From Smithellaceae bacterium (GTDB lineage: Bacteria; Desulfobacterota; Syntrophia; Syntrophales; Smithellaceae), in NCBI GenBank assembly GCA_963667845.2, contig CAXXVL010000001.1, forward strand, positions 256,001-320,000: a stretch of 64,000 nucleotides of DNA, read 5' to 3'. Both the position numbers and the translations under genes were made by a program. Positions 7,601 through 17,542 of this stretch are shown here, piece by piece. Position 1 is the first letter of the stretch; each line of letters begins with the position of its first letter. The notes under the pieces are model-generated. The model saw nothing but the letters and a program-made list of their open reading frames with translations. It had not been told where the DNA came from and did no database searches.

Positions 7601-10345
7601 ATGCAAAAGAATTTATATTCCATCTCCATCCTGTTCACTTTCATCCTTTCCGTTTCCACAATTGGGCCGCTGCCGGCATCTGCACAACAGCCTGCCGACA
7701 AAATTGTTTCCATCTGCAATCGCACAGAACCGGTACGGGTGGCCATTCAGAAGGAGATTGCCGCCGAACGTTTCACATCGGGCGTCGGAGGCGCCGTGCT
7801 CTGCCAGTCGATAAGAGTCTCCGAACTGAATAAGATCGAATATCTCCAGGTCATTGAAAAAGAAATTGCTGCATTGAAGGTTGGAGATTTCGAGGGTCTC
7901 GCCGGGCTCAAAATCCTTGATCTTGAAGGCAACAACTTTGCCGCATTGGATGCATACGTTTTTTCAGGACTCACTAATTTAGAAACCCTGGTGCTGGCCC
8001 GAAATCCTCTAAAGACCCTGGGCAGTGAGTTGGGTGACCTCCCGCAGTTAAAACACATTGATGTGTCAGGCTGCAAATTGTCCTCCATTTCGTCCGGTGC
8101 GTTCTCGTCCACCCCCCGGCTGGAAGCCATTTTCCTGGCCGATAATGAATTAAAGGAACTGCCGGCAGACCTGTTTGATAAAAACGATGCGTTGAAAATT
8201 GTCGATCTGTCCGGCAACCGGCTTGTTGAAATTCCCGCCTCCCTGGCATCCCGAAAAGGCGTTTTGTTGAGTTTGAATCTTTCCCGCAACAATATGCCGG
8301 ATTCCCAACAGATTAAACGAACCGGCTCCGGTTATTCATTGAGTCCCCCTGCAATCGATCCTGAACGCCAATCTCCCGCTATCCAGGGCGTCGCGAGACT
8401 CCGCTCTTTTATCCGCGCGCATTGGCATCTGCCGCTTGAAGTTTCCACTTCTTATTCTACCTCCGGAAAGTTTGATCTGAACCATCCGGCCCTCAGGGTC
8501 AGGGAAGAACGCCTTCTGCTCAGACAGCTCGAAGAAGTGCGGGAGGCCTATCGGAGATCAGCTTTTGATTTCTTCAACGTTCAAATCCGTTTTGTCTCGC
8601 CGGATGCAATTTATAAAACTCCTCAACTGAAGTTCAATAAGAAGAAATGCGGCATTGAAATTACTCTGAAAGCGCCGGAAAACGCAACTGATCGCGCGGC
8701 CTTGATTACCGATGAGCAAATTCTGGAAATCCTGGCCGACCATTTTGATCGCAACCATTCGGTGGCTTGGTTTAAGAAAGAGGCTCGCACGGATCTGGAA
8801 GCCGCTTTAAAACGCGATTTTGACAAAGTGGCCCGGATGGATGATGAACTGCGCTTCGATATACTCCGTTTCGATGATTTGATTGACACGGCCATGACCC
8901 GGATGAGTAAAGCCGATGAAAAAAGGTTTTTTTCGGATACGGAGCTCACCGATGCGCGCTTTATCCAGTTTCGTGTGATGCTCACATTCCAGCGGCTGGA
9001 AAATACGATGGCACGCTGGAAGCTTGCCGAATCTGCCCCGGATTTTCCCTACCGGGCCGAAGTGCGGCTGCTTCTGGCGGAATGCTCCGGCATGTATCGA
9101 ACCTATCTGGACTGGTTTTTGAATGTCGTCGTCGGAGGCCGCACGGCGATCAATGTCTTTAACGAAACCTGGTATCACCGCAACCCGATCTTTAAAATTC
9201 TTGATTCTGAAGTTCCGGCCGGATTTTTCAATCTCGACGGCCGGGTCTCCACCAGAATCCCTCCGGGCGCGGTCCGGGATCTTTTAAAGAGCAGACTCAG
9301 CGTCCCGCTTCTTCATTATCTTCACGGCATGCTATCGATGGACGAATATGTTTCCGACACCGACATTCTGCAGTCCCCCCTGGGCGCGCAGATGCGGCGG
9401 GCGGTGGAAAGGATTGGACATAACCGCCGGTCTCTGGCTGAACATAAAATCTCCGATACAAGTGTGTTCAAAGAACTATGGGATGCGCGGGTTAAAAGCA
9501 GCGTAAAATTTCCTCTTTATCGTGTAACCATGGGTGTTGCCACTGTCATCGGAGATACAAGATTTTCCAATTCGGCCCCCGCCATTTCAGACGGACAGAT
9601 GGCGGATATGAAAGCTCATTTGAAACCCGGTGATCTGCTGATCGAGCGCACGGATCACTACTTTTCCAATGCATTTTTAGGGGGCTTCTGGCCGCATGGT
9701 ATCCTGTATCTCGGTTCGAGGGAAGAATGGTCCGGATTAAAACTGGCTGATGGAACGACTCTGTCTGAGGATCCCTGGATTTTCAAAAACATCCTGCCTA
9801 AATATTTTTCTGCAAAAGACGGTCATCCTGCACTGGTGATGGAAGCGATTTCCGAAGGCGTCGTGTTCAATTCCCTGGAAGAAGCCGCGCAGAAAGATTA
9901 CATCGGTATTTTCAGACCCAGGTTTGCGCCCGGCGAACAGGAAGCCAAAATCGCCGCCGCCATCAAGCGGGCGCTTAAATATCATGGCCGGCCCTATGAC
10001 TTCGATTTTGATTTTTTCACCGACGACAAACTGGTCTGCACGGAATTGCTTTACAGAGCCTATCATCCGGATATTAATTTCCTGGTTCAAAAACAGGCCG
10101 TCAGAAAGCCCGATCCTCCCGTACCCGGAATGATTAAAAAGGCGGGCCGCGACACCATGCCGGCCAACGAAATCGCCAAACTTGCCCTTTATATGCTGGA
10201 CAACAAGCAACCGAATCCATCCATTGGATATACCGGTCAGACCCTGGACTTTGTCCGTTTATATATGAAGCAGGGTGACGGCAGATCCGCGCGCATTTAT
10301 CATGGCGCAGAAGGCATTGAAGTTTTAAGACGAACGCTGAGATAG
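7601..10345 (+). CDS. Secreted leucine-rich-repeat protein fused to permuted papain-like (YiiX/YebB, NlpC/P60 superfamily) domain
   Basis: Signal peptide (..PLPASA/QQ), about 7 LRRs of 23-24 aa, C-terminal LKPGDLLIER..WPHGILYLG..VMEA..GRPYDFDFDF..LVCTEL. Confidence 0.8.
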   Translation: MQKNLYSISILFTFILSVSTIGPLPASAQQPADKIVSICNRTEPVRVAIQKEIAAERFTSGVGGAVLCQSIRVSELNKIEYLQVIEKEIAALKVGDFEGLAGLKILDLEGNNFAALDAYVFSGLTNLETLVLARNPLKTLGSELGDLPQLKHIDVSGCKLSSISSGAFSSTPRLEAIFLADNELKELPADLFDKNDALKIVDLSGNRLVEIPASLASRKGVLLSLNLSRNNMPDSQQIKRTGSGYSLSPPAIDPERQSPAIQGVARLRSFIRAHWHLPLEVSTSYSTSGKFDLNHPALRVREERLLLRQLEEVREAYRRSAFDFFNVQIRFVSPDAIYKTPQLKFNKKKCGIEITLKAPENATDRAALITDEQILEILADHFDRNHSVAWFKKEARTDLEAALKRDFDKVARMDDELRFDILRFDDLIDTAMTRMSKADEKRFFSDTELTDARFIQFRVMLTFQRLENTMARWKLAESAPDFPYRAEVRLLLAECSGMYRTYLDWFLNVVVGGRTAINVFNETWYHRNPIFKILDSEVPAGFFNLDGRVSTRIPPGAVRDLLKSRLSVPLLHYLHGMLSMDEYVSDTDILQSPLGAQMRRAVERIGHNRRSLAEHKISDTSVFKELWDARVKSSVKFPLYRVTMGVATVIGDTRFSNSAPAISDGQMADMKAHLKPGDLLIERTDHYFSNAFLGGFWPHGILYLGSREEWSGLKLADGTTLSEDPWIFKNILPKYFSAKDGHPALVMEAISEGVVFNSLEEAAQKDYIGIFRPRFAPGEQEAKIAAAIKRALKYHGRPYDFDFDFFTDDKLVCTELLYRAYHPDINFLVQKQAVRKPDPPVPGMIKKAGRDTMPANEIAKLALYMLDNKQPNPSIGYTGQTLDFVRLYMKQGDGRSARIYHGAEGIEVLRRTLR

Positions 10346-10357
10346 CGGAGCCCTTTC

Positions 10358-11722
10358 ATGAAATACATCCTGATCTTGTTCCTGCTGACGTTTTCCGTCT
10401 GCGCTCAGGCCGCCTGGCTTCCCGAGCGGATTTTCATCAAGACCGCCACGCATAGCTTTACGCACGAATACGATGTTGCCATTCATGAAGGAAAAATCTG
10501 GCACAAACCAAGAGCGTCAACTGCCGGAACTTCATCAAAATGGAAATTACTTGGCCAAGCGGGATTGCCGGCTGCCGCCTCTGTTCTGGGGCTGGGCGGG
10601 TTTGACTCCCCGGCTTCGGTCGTGCAACTGTCCGCCGACGGAGATAACCTCATTGCCGTAGGAAACGACGGTGTGGTTTATTACATGAAGTGGAACACAC
10701 GCAAATGGGTCAACAAATGGGGACAACCCTTTTCCAGACAACTGCTCTTGCCTGAGCATAACCGGGCCTGGTCGATCTCCCATCGCGGGCCTTTTGCCGG
10801 CGGCTATTCCGACATTGACGGCAATTTTCACGCCATCAGTGCGGGCGTCACCACATTATATGTCTTGAGCGCGGATGGGTTGAAGATTTCTTACGCTGAT
10901 CCCTGGCTGCCTGCTGATTTCTCACACGAAATCGGCGGCCCGCTGCAGAACCGCTTCCGTTCGAGATCACTTTGTGCAAGCGCTTCCACTCTTTTCGTCA
11001 TCAATGATGCCGGAGAAATGTATACCCGTCTCGCCGACTTCGACACGCTGGGCCTCAATCCTTTTCTAGCCTATAGTTACGAGCGAAGGGTACTTGATCT
11101 TAACAAGGAGAAGGACGTGCGGACGCTGCCTCCGGAAGAGTGGAAAAAACAGCCGTCCATCCTGCCGCACCAGGGGCGGATTACTTCGGCCATTACAATT
11201 TTCCAGACAGGCAGAGGCAACGACGCCCGCGAACTGCGGGTGGAAGGTGTTAATGCGCAAGGAGAGAATGGTTATTTTTCAAAGTCGATCAACGGCGAGA
11301 CATGGCAATTTACACAAACCAACCTGACTCTGCAAAAGCCCCTCCTGTCTTCCGATAATGGAGCCCCGGATTCAGGCCCGAGCCTTGAAAGGATGCTTTC
11401 CGGACAGCTCGAATCAGGCCGACTATTTGAAGACCTGAACTATCTGATTGAACTCAAAAACTTTCATCCCCTGGGTTCAGGTGCAACGCTGGTTGTCCTG
11501 CTGGAAAACGAAAAAGCGGAATTTCCTCTTTCGATTGTTGCTTCTTCTCAAAATGACGATACAATGAAAGGGGCTATCCTGCTCCCGGCAGGGCTTAAAA
11601 TCAGTCCTGTGGGGAACAAAAGCCTTCAGGAATTCACGCGCAAGATTTTCGGCAAACATGCCTTTGTTAAAATTAAATTAATCATCCATCCGGATAACAC
11701 GGTTTTAATCAAAACTGATTAA
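10358..11722 (+). CDS. Secreted hypothetical protein, beta-rich (propeller-like)
   Basis: Signal peptide (..CAQA/AW), repeated short-strand motifs (QLSADGDNLIAVGNDGVVY; LCASASTLFVINDAGEMY), starts 12 nt after the LRR gene. Confidence 0.75.
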   Translation: MKYILILFLLTFSVCAQAAWLPERIFIKTATHSFTHEYDVAIHEGKIWHKPRASTAGTSSKWKLLGQAGLPAAASVLGLGGFDSPASVVQLSADGDNLIAVGNDGVVYYMKWNTRKWVNKWGQPFSRQLLLPEHNRAWSISHRGPFAGGYSDIDGNFHAISAGVTTLYVLSADGLKISYADPWLPADFSHEIGGPLQNRFRSRSLCASASTLFVINDAGEMYTRLADFDTLGLNPFLAYSYERRVLDLNKEKDVRTLPPEEWKKQPSILPHQGRITSAITIFQTGRGNDARELRVEGVNAQGENGYFSKSINGETWQFTQTNLTLQKPLLSSDNGAPDSGPSLERMLSGQLESGRLFEDLNYLIELKNFHPLGSGATLVVLLENEKAEFPLSIVASSQNDDTMKGAILLPAGLKISPVGNKSLQEFTRKIFGKHAFVKIKLIIHPDNTVLIKTD

Positions 11723-11758
11723 AAAGCATAACCGCCATGAACAACCGTCCCGATCATT

Positions 11759-12052
11759 TCACATGTCTTTGACCTCCGACACCAGACGGTCAAACTCCTC
11801 CACATTGACGACCGGCGACGTGCTGAAGGAAATGCCTGTCAGTTTGTTGAGGCCGATGGAGGCAGCCAGAGCGCTGTCCCCATCCGGAAAGTCCAGCGTA
11901 AGAACCAGGTCGTGCTCTCCCAGAACGGCATACATGGAAATGATTTTTCCGCCATTGTGTTCGATGATTTTAATGGCTTTTTTTGTCCGGTCAGCGGACG
12001 CGCCCTTTAATGATTCCTGATTGTATTTTCCAAACATCATAAATATCGGCAT
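11759..12052 (-). CDS. GYD domain protein
   Basis: 97 aa, GGKIISMYAVLGEHDLVLTLDFPD. Confidence 0.8.
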   Translation of the reverse strand: MPIFMMFGKYNQESLKGASADRTKKAIKIIEHNGGKIISMYAVLGEHDLVLTLDFPDGDSALAASIGLNKLTGISFSTSPVVNVEEFDRLVSEVKDM

Positions 12053-12118
12053 AGGTTGCCTCCTTTCGACTTGCCGGGATAAAGCCCGGGCGGGAATTCC
12101 GGCTTTGATCTTTCCGGG

Positions 12119-12589
12119 TCAGTAATTGGCGTCGGAGAACCGCGCCAGCTTCGGATTGACGAGTCTTTCATAATCTTTATACTTCACGCGGAACACTTCC
12201 GTGTGCGAGCCCGCGTTGAAAGCGATCTCTTTGTCCCGGGAAAGACTTCTTTCGGCATAAACATCCATGCCGTAAAGATTGCCGAAGGGCGGCATGGCGC
12301 CGGGCTCGCATTCCGGAAAGAGATTCTTGAATTCGCCTTCGCCGGCGAGGTGCACATTATCCGTGCCGGCCACTCCTCTTAAAAGATCAAAATCCACGCG
12401 CTCCGTCGCCGGCAATACCGCCATCGCCATTTTACCGCTGATTTTGATCATGACGGTTTTGGCCAGTTCTTTTCCCGGCACGTGCACGGACTCGGCAATT
12501 TCCTGGGCCGTATACGCCTGGGAATGCCTGATGCTGATGTACTTGACGTCATGAAAATCCAAAAATTCTTTTAGTTTTTGAAGTGGCAT
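12119..12589 (-). CDS. YbaK/prolyl-tRNA editing family deacylase
   Basis: HSQAYTAQEIA, LAKTVM, CEPGAMPPFGNLYG, FNAGSH. Start at 12589 behind AAGGAG. Confidence 0.9.
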   Translation of the reverse strand: MPLQKLKEFLDFHDVKYISIRHSQAYTAQEIAESVHVPGKELAKTVMIKISGKMAMAVLPATERVDFDLLRGVAGTDNVHLAGEGEFKNLFPECEPGAMPPFGNLYGMDVYAERSLSRDKEIAFNAGSHTEVFRVKYKDYERLVNPKLARFSDANY

Positions 12590-13197
12590 GCTGGACTCCT
12601 TTCTTGAAGATTTAAAATCCAAATAAAGGGTTAACCACATTGACTGTGACCGGATCAAAAGGAGCGGAAACAAGAAAGTCCCGGAGTAGAAAGATTTTTC
12701 CCACAGGACGCCCGCGGTGCACTGACTCATGCGCTGGTGTCTGCGCTTAGCTGTAAGTTAATTATATAAGATAGAAAAGCAAATAACAAGCAGCGACCGG
12801 CAGCGGGTAATAGGACTGCGGAGAAATGCCGCAAGGGCCGATCTTTGAGAAATAGCGCGTTCTTAAGAGGAGGTGCCTGCGGCCTCTGGCTCACCTCTTA
12901 GATGAAATCGACCGCAGCATTAGTAAAAGTCAATTTAAATATTTGACACCAATTGTTTCCTTGTTCAAAAGGTCCAAAAAAAGTATAAGCGGGGTGCCGT
13001 AATCAAAAAAAAGTGGGCGTTCGGGGAAGGAAAATGCGGACAGTCGAATGACGTGGAGGAAGTCAATACGTGTCGACAAAAGTAAAGATAGAAACAGCCC
13101 CTTTTCTTGCCCTTTTTGGGGAAATACAGAGAAATGCGGGCAACAATAGGCGACGTTTGCAGGGATTACCTGACATTTCAAGGCCGGAGTTTGAACG

Positions 13198-13944
13198 ATG
13201 ATCTGTCCCAAATGCGGTGCCGAACAGGGAGAAGAAAAGTTGGAGTGTGTGCGCTGCGGAGTCATCTTTGCCAAACTGACGCCGGAAGACTTCGGTCCGC
13301 CGCATAAGCGGTCAAAAACTCCGGAAGCATCGATCAAGAAATCAAAGCGGCCCGTGTCGCTGATCATCATAACCGTGCTGCTGCTTGTCGGCCTAGGCTA
13401 TTTTATGCACGGTAAACTGGAGCAGAAACGGATTGATCATATCGGGTCGGTGGCGGAGCAACCCCTGCAGGAGAGCGCCGATGTGCAGGTGATTGAGCGC
13501 GGCGGCTATGAAATTCAGCCGGTCGCGCGCTACGAGATTCGCGCCAAGGTATTGTCCATCGAACGCTATCGCATCGGCCGCGAGGCGGACCTCTCTCCCG
13601 TGGATTTTGCTCTGGGCTGGGGACCGATGTCCGATAACGCGATCACCAAACAACTCGCTATCAGCCAGGGCAGCCGTTTTTATCATTACAGTTGGCGGGG
13701 TGATCCGCCGATCGATCCTGCTGAAATTGTCCGCAACTCGGCAAATACACACCTTGTTCCGGCTGACGACAATGTCAAAGCGCGCCTGTTTGCGGTACGC
13801 AAAGGCGAAATAGTGATGCTCAAGGGCTATCTCATCAATGTCCGGCATTCGGATGGATGGAGATGGCATTCATCCCTGACGCGTGAGGACTCCGGTGCAG
13901 GCGCGTGCGAATTGATGTGGGTGGCGGAGGCGGCCATTCAGTAG
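13198..13944 (+). CDS. Zinc-ribbon, single-TM hypothetical protein
   Basis: CPKC..CVRCG N-terminus, one TM helix, exported domain with SPVDFALGWG, SANTHL and REDSGAGACE. Confidence 0.75.
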   Translation: MICPKCGAEQGEEKLECVRCGVIFAKLTPEDFGPPHKRSKTPEASIKKSKRPVSLIIITVLLLVGLGYFMHGKLEQKRIDHIGSVAEQPLQESADVQVIERGGYEIQPVARYEIRAKVLSIERYRIGREADLSPVDFALGWGPMSDNAITKQLAISQGSRFYHYSWRGDPPIDPAEIVRNSANTHLVPADDNVKARLFAVRKGEIVMLKGYLINVRHSDGWRWHSSLTREDSGAGACELMWVAEAAIQ

Positions 13945-14220
13945 GCGAACACCAAAGACATTGTCTGAAAATAGAAAGGGCGTTTCTATTTATTGAGGAG
14001 ATATTTAGAACCAAAAATGATAATGGCACCGTTCTGATTATTGCCTGCGACTTTCGGAACCGGACGATTGTATTGGGTTTAAAGCATGATCAACGAAACC
14101 AACATCTTGACTTTTTTGCGGTCCGGGCGTAACCGATTAACGTCATTAAGAAAATTTTAACATAATCAATAAACGGTTAAAACCCTTCCAATAAAGGGTG
14201 ATGTTATGGAGAGACTATCG

Positions 14221-14259
14221 AATCCCCGTATCTCAAAAAGAGTGCGGGGATTTTTATTT
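14221..14259 (+). terminator. Rho-independent terminator-like hairpin
   Basis: AATCCCCG..CGGGGATT followed by a T-rich tract. Confidence 0.55.
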
Positions 14260-14316
14260 AAGAGCGGATGGGAGAGTCATGATTACCGGACATTAAATTC
14301 ACTGAAGGAGGGCATT

Positions 14317-14700
14317 ATGAAAAATGTGATCGACAAAACGATAAAACCTTTTTTAGTTCTGGCCGGATTGGGAACCTGTGCGGCGGGTTTCTATGCATTT
14401 TTACCGGTGTTTTCCGTAGAAAGAATTGCCAGACTTCAGTTCGTCGAAAATTACGTCATCTTCGTCCAGCACTGGGGCATGATGGTTTTGCTGATGGGCA
14501 TCTTCATGATTGTATCCGCCTTCAAGGTCTCATGGCGCACCCCGATACTGGTATACAGCGTCATTGAAAAGAGCTTCATGGTGCTCCTGTGTATCTTTTA
14601 CAGCAGCCGATCGTTTGTGGCGGGTTTTCAGGGTGCCGCTATTATGGATGCGATCATCGTTGTATGCTTGCTGCTCTATTTCTGGAAAGGCCGCCGCTGA
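14317..14700 (+). CDS. Small 4-TM membrane protein
   Basis: Four hydrophobic segments, QHWG motif, AAGGAG before ATG 14317. Confidence 0.7.
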   Translation: MKNVIDKTIKPFLVLAGLGTCAAGFYAFLPVFSVERIARLQFVENYVIFVQHWGMMVLLMGIFMIVSAFKVSWRTPILVYSVIEKSFMVLLCIFYSSRSFVAGFQGAAIMDAIIVVCLLLYFWKGRR

Positions 14701-14751
14701 TTTCTAAAGACAGTTACGGCGGGGTTGACTGAAGTGAAGAAATCAGTATCG

Positions 14752-14863
14752 CCGCTGGTTCAATCATTTAGGTTGAACTGTTAATGCCATTGGGCAACGG
14801 AAAAACTCGGAATGCCGCAAAGCCGGTTGGCGCAACTGCAGAACGGGACACAATCGGCGATTA
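14752..14863. repeat. 112-bp intergenic repeat C, copy 2
   Basis: 100/112 identical to 4450-4561. Confidence 0.9.
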
Positions 14864-15172
14864 TCTATATCCTCCAAAGGGGAGAAGATGATTGTTGAGG
14901 AACAATTCATGCGCGATTGAATGAAGGCGAATTGATATTTTGAAGTACGCCCCTAAGTATGCTCATAATTAAGTGTTGTGACCCCTGAATTCCTGCCGAC
15001 AGCGTGATCGATCGGCATCTGCAGTCACCTTCCTTTGCTTCCCGTCCGTCACCAGTCCTTGTTTGCCGAGAGCGAAATATCTATTAGCAGGGTGATAAAA
15101 ATTGACAGACAGACGGAACTTCCCTATGTTTGTCGTAACATAACACAATGTCTTATCAAAGGGATAGAATCC

Positions 15173-17320
15173 ATGACGACCGAAATGGAAGCGAAGCGGG
15201 GCGAGAGAATCGTGACAAGTACCTGCGCCGGCGACTGCGGCGGACGTTGTCCGCTCAAGGTATACGTACAGGACGGGAAGGTCATGAAGATTACGACTGA
15301 CGACCGGTTTGGTCCGGATCTCCAGGCTTGCGCCCGCGGCCTGATCCAGCGGGATGTCCTCTATGCGCCGGACCGGATCACCGTGCCTTTGAAGCGGACC
15401 GGTCCCCGGGGGAGTGGCAAATTCGCGCCGATCAGTTGGGATGAAGCTCTGGATAACGTTTCCGCGGCGCTCAAGGATGCCAAAGAAAAAGACGGGCCGC
15501 AATCCGTTTTCCTCATGGACTACTCCGGTTCGGTAAGCCTGCTGCACGGGACGCAAAAAGCCAGCCGTCGCTTCTTTTCCTTTTTCGGCGGCTGTAGCTC
15601 CTGGCGCGGCAATTCGTCCATGGAAGGGGCGGCGTTTTCTTCCAAGGCGACCTTCGGCACAATTTTCACGGGCAACTCGCGCGACAATTTTCTTTCTTCC
15701 CGACTCATCATCCTCTGGGGCTGGAATCCTCTCGATACGCGCTTCGGTCCCGAGACGGCCGGATACCTGATGAAGGCGAAGGAGAGAGGCGCGAAAATTA
15801 TCTCCGTCGATCCCCGATCGAGTAACTCGGCCGAAAAGCTGGCCGACCAGTGGATCGCCGTTAAACCGGGCACAGACTCGGCGCTGATGATTGCCATGGC
15901 TTATGTGTTGATTGCGGAAGATCTGTATGATCGAACTTTCATCGAAACGTACACATCCGGATTCGCACAGTTCAAAGAATATGTGACGGGAGCGGCGGAC
16001 AGCATACCCAAGACGCCTGCCTGGGCCGAGGAGATCACCGGAGTGCCGAGGGAATCGATCGAAAGACTCGCCCGTGATTACGCCACGCAGAAGCCTGCGG
16101 CCCTTTGTGCCGGGTGGGCTCCGGGGCGATCCGCATTCGGCGAGCAATACCACCGTGCGGCTGCGACGCTCGCAGCGATGACCGGGAATATCGGTGTCCA
16201 GGGCGGCCATGCGTCGGGCGGGACCGATGTCAAAATGGAGGGCTTTCTCTGGGGCTCGCTCGAAGTGCCGGGGGGCAAAAACCCCGCCGTGCATATCACG
16301 GATATCTATAATCTCCTTTTGAAAGGGAAAGCGGGCGGGTATCCGAGTGACATCCGGGTTCTCTACATCGTCGGCTCCAATATGCTCAACCAGTTTTTGA
16401 ATTTAAATAAAGGGATCAGGGCACTGCAGGCTCCGGCGTTCACCGTTATTCATGAACTGTTCATGACTCCCACCGCCCGCTATGCCGATATCGTGCTGCC
16501 GGTGGCGCACTTCCTGGAAAGGGAAGACATCGGCCAGCCTTTTGCCGGCGGAACGTATGACATTGTCATGGAGAAGGCGGTGGAGGCACAAGGCGATGCC
16601 AGAACCGATCTGGCCATCTTCACTAAGCTCGCTTTCCGCCTGGGCCTGGCAGGTTTCAACGACAAGACGGACGGCGAATGGCTCAAGGAGTTTGTGTCCC
16701 AAACGCCCGGCTTGCCTCCCTATGATGTCCTCAGAGACATTAAGGTTCATCGCGCCGAACCCGCCGGGCCCCTGGTGGCTTTTCGCAAGCAGATCAAAGA
16801 TCCCGCGAATAACCCCTTTCCGACGCCGTCCGGGAAGATCGAAATTTTCAGCCAGAAGATTGCCGCGATGAAAAATCCGCTGATTCCGCCGATTCCGCAA
16901 TTCATCGATGCCTGGGATGGACCGCGCGATCCGCTTGCCCGGAAATATCCGCTGCAGCTTGTCAGTCCGCATTCGAAGTTCCGGGTGAATTCCACGCTCG
17001 ACAATATCCCGCGTCTTAAAAAAAATGCCGACGATGCAGCATGGCTCAATCCTCAAGATGCCCAGGCGCGGGCAATCGGAAACGGCGACAGAGTCAGGAT
17101 CTATAACGATCGGGGTCAGGTGGTGGTAAGGGCAAAAGTGACGGCGCGCATCATGCGGGGTGTGACCAGCCTCGATGCCGGGGCCTGGTATAAACCTGAT
17201 GACACGGGAGTCGATCACGGCGGCTGCGTCAACGTTCTTACCCGGGACGAAAAGACACCGGCCGGCGCTTTCCCGAGCAATACCTGTCTTGTGCAGATTG
17301 AAAAATACGATGGCGCATGA
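15173..17320 (+). CDS. Molybdopterin-dependent oxidoreductase, DmsA-like catalytic subunit
   Basis: CAGDCGGRC...CARG Fe-S motif, ISWDEAL, VKPGTDSAL, TPTARYADIVLP, TPSGKIEI, PHSKFRVNST. No Tat leader. Confidence 0.9.
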   Translation: MTTEMEAKRGERIVTSTCAGDCGGRCPLKVYVQDGKVMKITTDDRFGPDLQACARGLIQRDVLYAPDRITVPLKRTGPRGSGKFAPISWDEALDNVSAALKDAKEKDGPQSVFLMDYSGSVSLLHGTQKASRRFFSFFGGCSSWRGNSSMEGAAFSSKATFGTIFTGNSRDNFLSSRLIILWGWNPLDTRFGPETAGYLMKAKERGAKIISVDPRSSNSAEKLADQWIAVKPGTDSALMIAMAYVLIAEDLYDRTFIETYTSGFAQFKEYVTGAADSIPKTPAWAEEITGVPRESIERLARDYATQKPAALCAGWAPGRSAFGEQYHRAAATLAAMTGNIGVQGGHASGGTDVKMEGFLWGSLEVPGGKNPAVHITDIYNLLLKGKAGGYPSDIRVLYIVGSNMLNQFLNLNKGIRALQAPAFTVIHELFMTPTARYADIVLPVAHFLEREDIGQPFAGGTYDIVMEKAVEAQGDARTDLAIFTKLAFRLGLAGFNDKTDGEWLKEFVSQTPGLPPYDVLRDIKVHRAEPAGPLVAFRKQIKDPANNPFPTPSGKIEIFSQKIAAMKNPLIPPIPQFIDAWDGPRDPLARKYPLQLVSPHSKFRVNSTLDNIPRLKKNADDAAWLNPQDAQARAIGNGDRVRIYNDRGQVVVRAKVTARIMRGVTSLDAGAWYKPDDTGVDHGGCVNVLTRDEKTPAGAFPSNTCLVQIEKYDGA

Positions 17321-17542
17321 CCATTCTTAAAGATGAACCGTGGGTAAAGATCTCCCGGCATTTAAGGTCAATAGAGGGACTTTGCCGCCTGGTGCGGCAG
17401 CACCCTTCATCCCTTATCCGGATTTTAAAGTAAGTGAGCGGCTCCATGACATTCTTGCGGGTTACCGATGATGAACGATGCTCATTTCATCACAGCGCCG
17501 CAGCGAGACAGGGCATGCGTAGGCAAGCTGAAAGGGTTCCAT

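Noticed and set aside
14969..17218. Long antisense ORFs (441 aa and 271 aa) opposite the molybdoenzyme, and similar shadow ORFs elsewhere
   Set aside because: They mirror GC-rich coding strands, show no motifs and have no RBS.
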